A stretch of DNA of 64,000 bases from IMG/VR virus record IMGVR_UViG_3300032050_000002. One strand, 5' to 3'. The stretch is from a virus (lineage: Duplodnaviria; Caudoviricetes). The position numbers and the translations under genes are program-made. Below the pieces are notes generated by a model that saw nothing but the letters and a program-made list of their open reading frames with translations, was not told the origin of the DNA and ran no database searches. Within the stretch, counting starts at the first letter, position 1, and the number at the start of each line of letters is the position of its first letter. Shown piece after piece: positions 28,249-39,057 of this stretch.

Positions 28249-29459
28249 TTTACTAAAGTTTTATACCAATCTGCTCTATTCTTTGTAACATTTTTAAGAT
28301 GATATGTATCTTTAACTGTTTCATATAATCTATTACCCATGTCTTCAATCATATTTGGATTTTGAATTAATTTCTTAATGTATTTGTTCCAATCACTATG
28401 ATTTCTTGATTCTTCAACTAATAAAGCGTTACCATTAACAAAGTTACCATCTTTTAATGAATGTGTCAAGTCAATTGTATAAGGACCCACTTTTGAAGCT
28501 ATTAATGCTTTTTTATAGAAACCTGCTTCAATAACTTTTAATTGAGATTTAACTCGGTTGAAAATATGATTTTTAATTGGGGCTAAAGATATGTCAAACT
28601 TTGAATAGTTTTTAGCGTAAGATGTTACAGGTAAAGTCCAAACTCTTCTATAAGGTATTGTTGTATCAGAAGTATACTCTTCTTGTTTAAATTCTAATAA
28701 GAAATTTTTATAGTTTTCATCAACAATTTTATAATTGTTTGTAAATATTTCTTCATATCTTGCCCAAACAGTTTCATGTGGTTTAATATCTCTTTTCTTT
28801 TGTTCCCCCGTTTCTTTATTAATTTCCGTTACAGTTCCTCTAAGGTCAAATCCACATACAACGTATTGAACTTTATCATTAAACTCTGAGTTTTTAGAAA
28901 CCATACCATCTAATAACATTAAATCGTGTAAGTGAGAAGAACCTCCTAACCAACCAATTCTAATCTTATCTGAAGGTAGTGTTGGCTCTTTAAATTGAGG
29001 TTCATCAGGATTTATTGCATTTGGAAAAACCTCAACGTTTTTATTTAATTTTCTAATTTCATCCGCAAATACCCTTGTAGTTGTTGTAACATAACTAGCG
29101 GCTCTAAGATTGGCCATAATTTTTTGGTCAATCTTGTTTTGAACAATTATGCTATGTATCGGATGTTCTTTTGTTGGTAACCAATAGTCGTCCAAGTCTA
29201 CAATAACGACAATTCCCATAGATTTTAAATGATTGATTAAATTAGGTACTTGGTCATAATCTTGACCAACACTTCTGTGAATATGGACTATCTGATATTT
29301 TTTCCAAAAATTTATATCATTCGCTTTTGGTTCATAATCAATATCCACATGAAAATCATCGGGATACATATTTTGTAACATTACATGAGGGTCTACTGAA
29401 CGGAACTTCCCAACTCCTGTTTTGTCTGAAGGGATAACTAAAACATTAATTTTTGACAT
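28245..29459 (-). CDS. GT-B (GT4-like) glycosyltransferase
   Basis: VDLDDYW, IGWLGGSSH, FDISLAPI...KSQLKVIEAG. Confidence 0.8.
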   Translation of the reverse strand: MSKINVLVIPSDKTGVGKFRSVDPHVMLQNMYPDDFHVDIDYEPKANDINFWKKYQIVHIHRSVGQDYDQVPNLINHLKSMGIVVIVDLDDYWLPTKEHPIHSIIVQNKIDQKIMANLRAASYVTTTTRVFADEIRKLNKNVEVFPNAINPDEPQFKEPTLPSDKIRIGWLGGSSHLHDLMLLDGMVSKNSEFNDKVQYVVCGFDLRGTVTEINKETGEQKKRDIKPHETVWARYEEIFTNNYKIVDENYKNFLLEFKQEEYTSDTTIPYRRVWTLPVTSYAKNYSKFDISLAPIKNHIFNRVKSQLKVIEAGFYKKALIASKVGPYTIDLTHSLKDGNFVNGNALLVEESRNHSDWNKYIKKLIQNPNMIEDMGNRLYETVKDTYHLKNVTKNRADWYKTLVK

Positions 29460-29484
29460 AATTTTATTTTCTTTTATAAGAGAA

Positions 29485-29513
29485 AATATAATATATTAAG
29501 TTGTTTAAATCAA
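29485..29513 (-). promoter_or_regulatory. sigma70-like promoter TTGATT-N17-TATATT
   Basis: minus-strand match upstream of the GT/dUTPase/PhoH/sigma gene run. Confidence 0.5.
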
Positions 29514-29540
29514 TGTTATTATTATAGATTTATAATTATT

Positions 29541-31562
29541 TTATGTTATAAGATTTTTTTCTAAAAACTCGGACAATTTGTCTAAATTAAATTTATCTAA
29601 CATTTTTTGTTTCGTTATTTTTATTTTTTCTTCAAAAAAATTATAATTGTTGTAAACTTCCAATATTTTTTTTGAAGCGTCATCAATATCTGGCTCGGCC
29701 CAATTAGATTTATTGTTTAGTTCAAGATATGCGTTATGACTTGCATCAATCTTTGTAAGATTATAATTAACTAATTGACAATTTTCGTCACAAAAGTCTA
29801 AATTACCTGAAAAATTTGTGCAAACAACAGGAATTTCTAAATTTATTGCCTCCATCATTGTTAACCCTAAACCTTCTGAACGATGTAAAGAAATATATAA
29901 ATCAGCACTGTTAAATAAATCTGAAATTGATTCTCTATCTAATGTTTTATTAATTAAGATAATTCTATCATCTTTAAACTCGTTATGATTAATAAAATCA
30001 TTGTCATTACAATTATGAGTTTTAATAATTAAAACAACGTTTTCATCATTATGAAACGTTTTTTTAAATGACTTAATTGTCGCAAAAGGATTTTTTCTAC
30101 TAACATCACTACCGTAATCAAATGAAAATAGACAAACAAATTTACCATCAAACCCTAATTTTTTTTTAATATTATCTTTATTTTTTTTATCAAAAAAATC
30201 TGTAGGTATATTTAAAGTTTTTATGTTTTTGTTTAAAATATTTCTTTTAAAAGAATCTTCACAAAATTTGGAGATTGTCCAAATTTCATCAAATATTTTA
30301 GATTCTTTAATCCAAGTATCCGGAACATCGGGTAGTTCCCATGCCCATAATACAATATTATATTTATCTTTAATATAATTTTCACCAACAAGGTTTAAAA
30401 ACTTTGTCTCAGGATTACATATTATTAAATTACTATTGAAATAATTAAATTCTTCATTTAACATATAATTTTTATCGTTAAATGAATTTGGGAGATTTAT
30501 ATTAAAAGGTATTTTAGATTTTTTAAGTGATTTTATCACACTTCTCATGATTTGACCTAATCCGCTATCAGTATTTCCATATCCATATAGATTAACACCT
30601 TTAAACTTTTTTAAAAATCTTTCAAAAAGATTATCATCAAAAAAACTATCGACAAATGGTTGATGACACCCAAAAGTATCATCATAAAATTCGTGTTCAA
30701 AAGAAAATTTTTTACAAATTTCAACATTAGGTATATTATATTTATTTATTTTTCTAATAAAATATGAAAAAAACAAATCTTCGTAGTTTTGGTCGATGTC
30801 CGATGGTTTAACACTAAATGAATTATAATTTTTTATAATTTCAATCATAGCGTTTACCGACCTTAAACTTAATCCTCCATTACCAAAATAAACATCAAAA
30901 TCTAAATTATAGTCTTTTTTTATTGAGTCGGAATGTGCAGATGGTCCCCAAGGAGCACCAATATAATCCCATTCTAAAAAAGAGTTGTCAAATTCTTTAA
31001 AAATAAAAGTGTCTGATTGATAAATTAATACTTTCTCACAAGAAATTTTTTCCCAAAATTCCAAACTTAATAGAAGATTATTATATGAATTTCTATCTAT
31101 TTTTTTGTTTTCTAAATTAATGATTTCAATATTAGGTGATATTTCTTTTTTTAAATTTTTAATTTCATTAAAATTATTGTTTCCGCAAAAAATAATATGA
31201 CCCCACCCGTCACCCAACTTTTGTATAGTATTTTTTATTGTGAATTCAATCTGTTTGTTCCATCTAGTTTCAACTATTACAGATTTATTTTTAGAATTTT
31301 CAGATATTTTAGGGAAATTAGGTTCTAAATAACCTAATAATTTTTCACATAAATTATTAAATATTTTAATTTTATTCTCTTTATTTTTTAAAGATAACCA
31401 TTTTTCATTTTTTTTATACAATCTATTTTCTTTACGTCCATAATTAAGATAATGGTGAGTAACTCTTTCTTTTGTTATTATCCCCGCTTTTTTTAAATCA
31501 GGATTATATTTCAAATATAATTTCCAATCAAAGTCTTCAGGTAAAGTTTTATAATTATCCAT
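29541..31562 (-). CDS. multidomain glycosyltransferase (FDWxxY domain + DUF5672-like + GT4)
   Basis: FDWKLYLKYNPDL...HYLNYGRKENR; WDYIGAPW...GNGGLSLRS; LYISLHRSEGLGLTMMEA. Confidence 0.8.
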   Translation of the reverse strand: MDNYKTLPEDFDWKLYLKYNPDLKKAGIITKERVTHHYLNYGRKENRLYKKNEKWLSLKNKENKIKIFNNLCEKLLGYLEPNFPKISENSKNKSVIVETRWNKQIEFTIKNTIQKLGDGWGHIIFCGNNNFNEIKNLKKEISPNIEIINLENKKIDRNSYNNLLLSLEFWEKISCEKVLIYQSDTFIFKEFDNSFLEWDYIGAPWGPSAHSDSIKKDYNLDFDVYFGNGGLSLRSVNAMIEIIKNYNSFSVKPSDIDQNYEDLFFSYFIRKINKYNIPNVEICKKFSFEHEFYDDTFGCHQPFVDSFFDDNLFERFLKKFKGVNLYGYGNTDSGLGQIMRSVIKSLKKSKIPFNINLPNSFNDKNYMLNEEFNYFNSNLIICNPETKFLNLVGENYIKDKYNIVLWAWELPDVPDTWIKESKIFDEIWTISKFCEDSFKRNILNKNIKTLNIPTDFFDKKNKDNIKKKLGFDGKFVCLFSFDYGSDVSRKNPFATIKSFKKTFHNDENVVLIIKTHNCNDNDFINHNEFKDDRIILINKTLDRESISDLFNSADLYISLHRSEGLGLTMMEAINLEIPVVCTNFSGNLDFCDENCQLVNYNLTKIDASHNAYLELNNKSNWAEPDIDDASKKILEVYNNYNFFEEKIKITKQKMLDKFNLDKLSEFLEKNLIT

Positions 31563-31600
31563 AATGTAAAATTTAATTTTTTAATGAAAAAAATAAATAA

Positions 31601-31628
31601 AAAATCCCCACCTTTTTATGTGAGGATT
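31601..31628 (-). terminator. intrinsic terminator
   Basis: minus strand AATCCTCAC-loop-GTGGGGATT (one G-U pair) followed by T-rich tail. Confidence 0.7.
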
Positions 31629-31649
31629 AAGATAGATTAATTAATCTTT

Positions 31650-32243
31650 TTATTGAACTTTTTTAATCTTAGTTAACTTACCTTCAAAAATATGTTTGCC
31701 AACTCTAAATGTAAAAACTTCATTTGATTTGGAAGTCGACTCCACCAATAAACCGTTTTCAGATAATACCTCTTCAATAGTTTCTCTAACAATTAATTTA
31801 ATGGTACTAACATCTAATCCGACAGACTGTTGTTGTACTTGAGGTTTTGGTTGTGATTGACCAATTTGTTTCCCTGAAGCGTCTGTATTCATTAATCTAG
31901 CGGCCTTTTCGACTATATCAGTTGATATTGTAGGACCTGACATAGAATTTGGTTGAGATATTGGATGTTCAATCATTAATCTTTTAATCTCGTCCGGTAA
32001 TTTTGAAGATAGCACTCTATCTTTTGTCATTTCTTGTGGAGGTCTTTGTTGAGGTATCGATGCTTCTTGTAGATATTCTTGAGGTAAAGAATATTTTGCC
32101 ATTGGTGTTGAAAATTCTTGTACTTCAGGTACATTACCATTCATTGGCATTGAGTCCGCGCCAGCTCTCGGCATTTGTTTATGTTTATCCATTATTTGTT
32201 TGGATATCATTAATTTTGCTATTAAATCATTTTCTGTTTTCAT
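31650..32243 (-). CDS. hypothetical protein (Met/Gln/Pro-rich)
   Basis: 197-aa ORF in operon. Confidence 0.75.
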   Translation of the reverse strand: MKTENDLIAKLMISKQIMDKHKQMPRAGADSMPMNGNVPEVQEFSTPMAKYSLPQEYLQEASIPQQRPPQEMTKDRVLSSKLPDEIKRLMIEHPISQPNSMSGPTISTDIVEKAARLMNTDASGKQIGQSQPKPQVQQQSVGLDVSTIKLIVRETIEEVLSENGLLVESTSKSNEVFTFRVGKHIFEGKLTKIKKVQ

Positions 32244-32647
32244 GCTAAATATTCTTCTTCGTTATCATCAAATTTTGCGTTTATTATAACATTAACCATT
32301 CCTTTATCTCCGGCCAAATTGTAACCGGGTTTAACATCGTTAAATTTTTCGCCAGATGGTCTAAAAGATAATATCTTATCGACTCTAAATAATCTCCATC
32401 CTGGTAACGGTTGTTTTCCTTTATAACCTGTATGAGACGCTCCTTTTGAATCCCACGCTCTTAATACTGGGTTATCGGATTTACTATAACCAAAACATAC
32501 GGGTTCAATTTCTCTTAATCCTCTACCTCCTGGTTCGTCTCCATCATAGTATATAATTATCTTATCTTTTTTCTTAATTGCATCAACAATAGAATCAATT
32601 GACGCTACTTCTAAGATAAGAGATTTTGCTATGTTGTAAAGTTTCAT
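32240..32647 (-). CDS. stand-alone WYL-like domain protein
   Basis: IIIYY...REIEPVCFG...LRAW...WRLFRVDKI matches the WYL pattern (RxVEP...W...RxFRxDRI); no HTH. Confidence 0.7.
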   Translation of the reverse strand: MKLYNIAKSLILEVASIDSIVDAIKKKDKIIIYYDGDEPGGRGLREIEPVCFGYSKSDNPVLRAWDSKGASHTGYKGKQPLPGWRLFRVDKILSFRPSGEKFNDVKPGYNLAGDKGMVNVIINAKFDDNEEEYLA

Positions 32648-32940
32648 TACGCGCTTGGTGTAGTGTAAGGATTATTTGGTTTGTAATTGTTTAAAACAAC
32701 TTCAGCCTTTCTTTCAAGAATATCCTGAATAGCTCCGGCCTCTTGATTATAAACATCTAAAAAATTACCCGTACCTTTTCCTTGGTCATCACCGTCAGCT
32801 AATGCGTCAGGATTTACTGAGGAATATTGATTGGTATTTTTAAAATCATTTTTCGGAAATAATTTCGCTCTTTCCGCATCTGCGATTTCGCTCAACTTAT
32901 TTTTAGGTTGTTCAAAATTTAAAGGTTCTTGTGTTGGCAT
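32647..32940 (-). CDS. hypothetical protein
   Basis: 97-aa ORF in operon. Confidence 0.7.
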   Translation of the reverse strand: MPTQEPLNFEQPKNKLSEIADAERAKLFPKNDFKNTNQYSSVNPDALADGDDQGKGTGNFLDVYNQEAGAIQDILERKAEVVLNNYKPNNPYTTPSA

Positions 32941-32941
32941 A

Positions 32942-33409
32942 TTAAATTATTTTTTTGATTAAATTATTTATTCTTTTTACGTCTTCAGTGATTTTTAAAT
33001 CATCTATACTACTACCGTGTTCTTTTGAGGGTCTGTTCATGCTTGATAGGTCTTTGTTTTTTTCGTGTGGAGCGATATATTGATTAGGTAAAACCGGTGA
33101 TTTTACTTTTTTACCCAACTCGACCTCATCTCTCATACTACCCAAAGTTCTGTCAACCCATCCTTTAACATAATGACCTCCATTTAAAATAAATGGTAAT
33201 TCATTTTCGTGACCATTAAAAGAATCAAACCAATTTTTCATTCTTTTAAGTTGTTGATATGTTGTGTGCCGAGAATCTCTTAGTTCTTTATTTCTTTTAT
33301 ATCCTTCAGTATTTTCATCAGCATTTTTCGCAGCATCAAAACATTGTTGTAAATATCCAACAACGTCTTCAGGTAATTCAACTCTCTCTCCGTATAAATC
33401 TTTATTCAT
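32942..33409 (-). CDS. hypothetical protein
   Basis: 155-aa ORF; C-terminal LKITEDVKRINNLI. Confidence 0.7.
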   Translation of the reverse strand: MNKDLYGERVELPEDVVGYLQQCFDAAKNADENTEGYKRNKELRDSRHTTYQQLKRMKNWFDSFNGHENELPFILNGGHYVKGWVDRTLGSMRDEVELGKKVKSPVLPNQYIAPHEKNKDLSSMNRPSKEHGSSIDDLKITEDVKRINNLIKKII

Positions 33410-34247
33410 CGGTATTTAAAGCTTTGATTAATTGATTAAGACTAATACCTTCTTTTTCGGCAATTTTTTTAATTGATTGTAAATTCTTAACTAATATTTT
33501 ACTAATTGTTTTATCTTCTTTACTTACAACATCAGAGTCTCCTTTTGATTTTTTGGTTAGTATATCCTCAACCATTTTAATCATTTTTTGTTTTTGAGCC
33601 TCTTCGATACTATCTTTTTCTGTTAATCTTTGTTTCAATTTACCTTTTCTTTTTTTAGCCTTAGGTAATTTACCCAATTGTTTAGTTCTTTTAACTCTTT
33701 CTTCAGGGTCATCAATACCCATGTTTTTTAAAGTTTTTAAAGTTTCACTAAAGTCTTTATCCACAGTTTCTTCATATCCAAAAGCGTCCGAAAAATCAAT
33801 TTCAGAAACAACATTATCTTTCTTATCTTTACTTTCACCCCAATATACACGATATCCTCTTGTTACAGGGTCGTTAGAAATTCTAGCGGTAACAATTGTT
33901 TGGTCCATAGTTTTCTTTGGAGCGAGTGTCATGTTATATAATGGAGTTTTTGAACCCAATAACCCACCGTCAGAATCGATTAATTCATCAATTTCTCCAC
34001 CGTTTTCAACATTATCTAATTCTTTGTCTAAATCTTTTTTTGTGGGTTTATTCTTACCTTTTAAAAATTTGTTAACTATGGTTTTAACTTTTTTTTCATC
34101 CTTCTTATCAAATTCTTTTTTTGTTACTTTTTTCCTTGATTCTAATAAAGTATCAGCCACAGAATAGTATAATGAAATGGTATCTCCATTGTCCTTCATA
34201 AAGAAATGACAATTATTATAAAAATATTCTTTGTTATAACTAATCAT
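33402..34247 (-). CDS. hypothetical Lys-rich protein
   Basis: 281-aa ORF; GTATTTATT motif upstream. Confidence 0.75.
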   Translation of the reverse strand: MISYNKEYFYNNCHFFMKDNGDTISLYYSVADTLLESRKKVTKKEFDKKDEKKVKTIVNKFLKGKNKPTKKDLDKELDNVENGGEIDELIDSDGGLLGSKTPLYNMTLAPKKTMDQTIVTARISNDPVTRGYRVYWGESKDKKDNVVSEIDFSDAFGYEETVDKDFSETLKTLKNMGIDDPEERVKRTKQLGKLPKAKKRKGKLKQRLTEKDSIEEAQKQKMIKMVEDILTKKSKGDSDVVSKEDKTISKILVKNLQSIKKIAEKEGISLNQLIKALNTDE

Positions 34248-34260
34248 ATTATTTTTTATA

Positions 34261-34289
34261 AATAAATACTTCGCTTTAATGTATTTATC
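34261..34289. promoter_or_regulatory. divergent promoter region with two GTATTTAT motifs
   Basis: minus copy 34269-34261, plus copy 34281-34289, at the major strand switch. Confidence 0.55.
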
Positions 34290-34298
34290 ATAAAAAAG

Positions 34299-37139
34299 AT
34301 GTCAAGTCAAAATATTAATCAATATGTTTATAACAATTTGTTTCCTAAGTTGTCATTAGACACTCAAGACATGTCTTTAACTTCGGATGAATTGGAGTTT
34401 AATCAGGAGGTTGTTTTTTCGCCATATTTGATTGCTCAAACATACGGGAACAAATTACCTTTTTATTTTGATACTAATAATAGTGTAACAACACAAAATT
34501 TAACTTTAATATATAAAAACTATAATCCAAATAATATATTTGTTTCACAAAACTACTATAATCCCGATGAAAAAGATTTAACTTGTTTTACTTCTTCAAC
34601 ATCCTGTGATATTGGTTTAACGGGAACTGACAATGGTTTAGTTACAGGTTTAACCGCTCAGACAATTACATTTACAAATGGACTTTTTTCTGATAGTTTA
34701 AAATTCGACAGATTACATTTTGATAGAAGATTTAAAATGTTTCAGGTGACAGGTTACACAAGTTCACCCAATATTATGTTTTCAGGATTCAATAAAACAA
34801 TACTATATGAAGTTGTAAGTAAAAACTCTCCATTTGAGGGTAGATATGAGGAGCTTTACGGAGGATTTTATCAAGGGTTTTATAAATTATTTGGTTACGA
34901 TTATGATATTTTTCCAGAAAGGATGAATAAAGGTTGGTCAGTTGAAATGATACTTAAGCCAAGATTTATTAATGAATTTTATCCCGAACCAAATGAAACA
35001 ACATTAAATAATATTTACCCAAATAATAAAAACACATTCTTTTATTTTGGAACCAGAGCAGAAAACAAATTTTATCATCACGCGGATAAAACTCCAAATT
35101 GTTTTACAGGTTATACGAGAGTAACTTCAGAATTAACCGGCTTAACAACATGTGCTTGTTGTAATAAAATAATTACAAATAGTAGATGTATATACGTTTA
35201 TCCACCAAGGTCTAAAGATAATGTTCACGACCCTCATGTTAATTATGGTTGTGATAGATGTAACGGTAATAAAGATATTAGTACTAGTTGTGGTTGTGGA
35301 TGTAACGAAATTGCGTGCGAAACTTGTGGGTGGGAATGTCAATACCATAATTGTGAATCAATTATTTATCCAACTCCAACACCAACTCCTACCCCAACAC
35401 CAACACCAAATAATTGTGTTGTGACTCCCCAATGTACACCTACTTGTACGGACTGTTCGGGATGTACTAATTGTTCTGATTGTGCGGTAACAGGATTTAC
35501 CTCTATAGAAGATACTTGTGAAAAAGACCCATTATATGATAGTATGTCAAATGCGTTTTCACTTAAACTTTGTGGAGACATTAAAAATCCACAAATAGGT
35601 GTTAGATTTTTAAGATTTACAGGTGAATGTGTTACTACAGGAAGTTGCGAAACAACTGGGAAAACATGGAGCACGGGTTATACAATAACAGAATACTGTA
35701 CTCCACCAATCTATCCTAGATGTGAAAAAGAAAACCCAAATTGGTTAAATGAAGAACATTGGTTTCAAATTAATGTTGTTTGGGAAAGGTATTCTTTTTG
35801 GGATAAATGTGATTTAAATTATAAAGGTGGATTGGGGGATATTACAAAAACCGCTTTTTTAAACTCATTAGCGAATAATTCGGTGTCGTTAATCGCTCCA
35901 CCATATACAAATGGACAAGAAGAATCGTTACAGATAACACTAACAAATTTAAATAAAAAATGGTTAGAAGAGAAAAAATATAGAAATGGAAGATTAAAAT
36001 TTTATGTTAATGGAAAATTACATTATACGGTTGAGAATTTTGAGGAAATAATTCCAAGAGCATTAAATACGGATAAAGAAAAACAAGTCGGAGTTCCGTT
36101 TAACGTATCTTGGGGTGGAGGGACTCAAGGGTTAAGAGAAAATTTAATTTTCTCATCTACGACATTACCAAACGGACCATACATACAAGACCCTGAGTTA
36201 TTTCCAAATAATGTTTTATCGGCAACAACTCTTAGTGGTTTAAACACCAATATTTTAATTGAACAAAATTTTGCAGGTACTTTTGAGGGAGCAATATCCC
36301 AATTCAGAATGTATGTAACCCCTATGTCATCACCAGAGGTTAAACATAATTTTAATATTCTAAAAAATACATTTAGAATGTTTAACCCTGATTGTCCAGA
36401 TTGCTCAACAATAAAATGCGTAGATGATTTTACATATGAAATAGAAGACGTTACAACCACTACAACAACAATAATTCCAACAACTCCATATGGTTTAGGT
36501 AGAGAATTAAAAATTGATGAAAGAGATAAAAAGTATTTAATAGAGAATAAATTAACTTTACCAAAAACCACGGTAACTCAAATGTATTGGGATGATAATG
36601 GGTGGTGGGGGAACCAAGGTAATACTCCTCAATGCGTTGGGTATTCTTGGGCTCATTTTATTGATGACGGTCCTATAAAACACTCAGGACCTAAACCAAA
36701 CACAAATCCAACTTTAATATATAGAGAAGCTCAAAAAATTGATGAGTGGATGGGAGAAAATTATGATGGAACTTCGGTTAGAGCTGGAGCAAAATATTTA
36801 AAAAGTCAAAATAAGATTAGTTCTTATTTATGGGCATATAATTTAGATACATTAATTAAAACCGTATTAACTCAAGGACCTGTTGTTGTTGGGACAAATT
36901 GGTATAATGGAATGTTTTATCCTGATAAAAATGGTTTAATAAAAATATCAGGTAGAATTATGGGTGGTCATGCTTACGTAATTAATGGTATCGATACAAA
37001 AAAACAACTATTTAGAATTAAGAATAGTTGGGGTCGTTCATGGGGAGTTAAAGGTAGTGCGTTTATAAGTTTTGCTAACATGCAAAGATTAATTAATGAA
37101 AACGGTGAGATTTGTTTAGCGGTAGAAAATAAGTTTTAA
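34299..37139 (+). CDS. virion-type protein (Cys-rich + Pro/Thr + LamG-like) fused to a C-terminal papain-family (C1A) cysteine peptidase
   Basis: [12 protein letters not shown] (Gln, Cys), GGHAYVING (His), [11 protein letters not shown] (Asn); LKFYVNGKL and ISQFRMY LamG-like strands. Confidence 0.8.
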   Translation: MSSQNINQYVYNNLFPKLSLDTQDMSLTSDELEFNQEVVFSPYLIAQTYGNKLPFYFDTNNSVTTQNLTLIYKNYNPNNIFVSQNYYNPDEKDLTCFTSSTSCDIGLTGTDNGLVTGLTAQTITFTNGLFSDSLKFDRLHFDRRFKMFQVTGYTSSPNIMFSGFNKTILYEVVSKNSPFEGRYEELYGGFYQGFYKLFGYDYDIFPERMNKGWSVEMILKPRFINEFYPEPNETTLNNIYPNNKNTFFYFGTRAENKFYHHADKTPNCFTGYTRVTSELTGLTTCACCNKIITNSRCIYVYPPRSKDNVHDPHVNYGCDRCNGNKDISTSCGCGCNEIACETCGWECQYHNCESIIYPTPTPTPTPTPTPNNCVVTPQCTPTCTDCSGCTNCSDCAVTGFTSIEDTCEKDPLYDSMSNAFSLKLCGDIKNPQIGVRFLRFTGECVTTGSCETTGKTWSTGYTITEYCTPPIYPRCEKENPNWLNEEHWFQINVVWERYSFWDKCDLNYKGGLGDITKTAFLNSLANNSVSLIAPPYTNGQEESLQITLTNLNKKWLEEKKYRNGRLKFYVNGKLHYTVENFEEIIPRALNTDKEKQVGVPFNVSWGGGTQGLRENLIFSSTTLPNGPYIQDPELFPNNVLSATTLSGLNTNILIEQNFAGTFEGAISQFRMYVTPMSSPEVKHNFNILKNTFRMFNPDCPDCSTIKCVDDFTYEIEDVTTTTTTIIPTTPYGLGRELKIDERDKKYLIENKLTLPKTTVTQMYWDDNGWWGNQGNTPQCVGYSWAHFIDDGPIKHSGPKPNTNPTLIYREAQKIDEWMGENYDGTSVRAGAKYLKSQNKISSYLWAYNLDTLIKTVLTQGPVVVGTNWYNGMFYPDKNGLIKISGRIMGGHAYVINGIDTKKQLFRIKNSWGRSWGVKGSAFISFANMQRLINENGEICLAVENKF
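35370..35408 (+). repeat. coding (PT)n tract
   Basis: ccaact/ccaaca hexamer repeats encoding [13 protein letters not shown]. Confidence 0.9.
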
Positions 37140-37141
37140 GT

Positions 37142-38161
37142 ATGAGTCAAAGTATTACAATAAAAAGTATTAATTATGAAGGTGAAATTGCAAACATCAT
37201 TTTTAAACCTGCGGACGAATTAATTGCAATAAATTTAGGTAATCAAGTTTTACCTTTTATTTTCCAACCTTATTTGTTAGAACCACCAAGAACTGTTTAT
37301 GGTACATATACAATTCTAGTTTTAGAATCTGATTGTCCTACTATTTTAAATGTACCAAAACCAACACCAACTCCTACACCAACAAATACTCCCACAAAAA
37401 CACCTACACCAACACCAACTGCTACCCCAAGTCCAACGCCTACATACAACCCTTGTAATATACCTTCACCAACAAGAACGCCGACACCAACTAAAACTCC
37501 AACCCCAACCAATACTCCAACCCCATCAGTTACAAAAACTCCTTGTTACACACCAACCCCAACAAATACCTCAACTCCAACTCCTACCCCAACTCCTGTT
37601 TATTTTGCATACTTATTTATTGAACCAATTAGTGGTTCAACAAGTATTGGTCAATGGATGTTTGATTCAGGGTCTAATTTCTATGGATTTACAAATACAT
37701 CTCAACCAACTCAAAACCAAACAATATTTAATTCCGACTTAAACAGATATGTTGATTTTACAGGATGGACTAACGGAGAATTTCCATCAATTATTAAACA
37801 AACCGTACCTCAAATAAGTGGTGGGGTTGATTCATTTGGAAATGCCAAAGTTAAATATAATTTCTTAACAACTCATGTGGTAGAGAATAGTATTGGAAGT
37901 AAAGCTTGGTATACTTGGATTATACCTACATCTTTAACTAATAACGAAACTCAAGTATTAATTGATGTTAATACCGCAGATAACCCTAATTTGTTTACAA
38001 CAGTTGCTACTGAAGGAACGATAAACTCATATACATTTACATATACAGGGTCAACAATCCCTAATACAACTTATAAAGTTTATACAACTTTCCCAAATAC
38101 AATATTCCAAATAACCGACTCTCAAAATATTTATTTCAGAGGTAATGCAACATCACCATAA
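37142..38161 (+). CDS. virion-type protein with long Pro/Thr tract
   Basis: [15 protein letters not shown]-terminus; ~80-aa PT-rich segment. Confidence 0.75.
   Translation: MSQSITIKSINYEGEIANIIFKPADELIAINLGNQVLPFIFQPYLLEPPRTVYGTYTILVLESDCPTILNVPKPTPTPTPTNTPTKTPTPTPTATPSPTPTYNPCNIPSPTRTPTPTKTPTPTNTPTPSVTKTPCYTPTPTNTSTPTPTPTPVYFAYLFIEPISGSTSIGQWMFDSGSNFYGFTNTSQPTQNQTIFNSDLNRYVDFTGWTNGEFPSIIKQTVPQISGGVDSFGNAKVKYNFLTTHVVENSIGSKAWYTWIIPTSLTNNETQVLIDVNTADNPNLFTTVATEGTINSYTFTYTGSTIPNTTYKVYTTFPNTIFQITDSQNIYFRGNATSP
37355..37597 (+). repeat. mucin-like Pro/Thr coding tract (~81 codons)
   Basis: [19 protein letters not shown]...TPTPTPTP. Confidence 0.9.
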
Positions 38162-38163
38162 GT

Positions 38164-39021
38164 ATGAGTTTTAACTATAAGAACCCAATAACTCCGTTAT
38201 ATTCTTTAGGGAATATTAGTGTCAAAAGAGATAACGTTTTTGGTACTAATTTTAGTGTGCTATCAACTGGTGGTTTTATGGAGGTTTATGATATTGATGA
38301 CCTTTATTTTACAATACCTCCATCTACGGTGGGTCTTGTAGAGTACACTGGAAATACGATACCAATACAATTAAATGTTAGTAATGGTTCTCTATTTTCA
38401 TTTAATGTATTAACTTTAAATTCAGACAATATATCTTCAGGTAGAAGAAGAATTGGTATGTTGGCGTATGTTATTAATCAAGACCAAGTATATCAATTTC
38501 AAATACCAAATTATTATAATTTATGGACGGCAGCAACCGCAACAGGAGCGGTAGGTCCTGGTGGTCCAACGGCAGTATTTTCTGATTTTGGAACAACAAT
38601 AAAAAGTAATACTCAAGTAGGTATTAATTTTATTTCCGCTTGGACGGCAAATACAATTGAGGGTATTAGTGGAGAAACATTTACAACCGCAAATTGGAAA
38701 AAATTTAATCCATCTGCAACTATCACCGCAACTTGTTACAATCAAATAATTACTAAAGAATTAATAGGTTGTGATTTATCAGGTATAACATTATCTTCAG
38801 ATATTACTCCAAACTCAGATAACACTATAAATTTGGGAACGGGTATTAAAAGATTTAGAAACATAAATACCGTTAGTGGAACAAGTACTTATTGGTCATC
38901 GACAGTTAAAGTTATAACTCCCGAGATTGATTTAGGTTTAGATTCTTCGGGTAATACAAGAACAATAACCGCCGATAGCTCAATAATACAATATGATATT
39001 TTAAACGGTGGAAATTTTTAA
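38164..39021 (+). CDS. putative tail/fibre-associated protein
   Basis: RRRIGMLAYV motif; ends DILNGGNF like the neighbouring DVLDGGQY. Confidence 0.55.
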   Translation: MSFNYKNPITPLYSLGNISVKRDNVFGTNFSVLSTGGFMEVYDIDDLYFTIPPSTVGLVEYTGNTIPIQLNVSNGSLFSFNVLTLNSDNISSGRRRIGMLAYVINQDQVYQFQIPNYYNLWTAATATGAVGPGGPTAVFSDFGTTIKSNTQVGINFISAWTANTIEGISGETFTTANWKKFNPSATITATCYNQIITKELIGCDLSGITLSSDITPNSDNTINLGTGIKRFRNINTVSGTSTYWSSTVKVITPEIDLGLDSSGNTRTITADSSIIQYDILNGGNF

Positions 39022-39057
39022 AAAAAAATAAACGATATATTTATAAAGTAAAAAATA

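Noticed and set aside
35366-37742. Alternative ORFs with VGVGVG or His/Gln/Leu runs (35366-35674, 37297-37512, 37350-37742; likewise 50295-50528)
   Set aside because: They are antisense or off-frame shadows of the (PT)n coding tracts.
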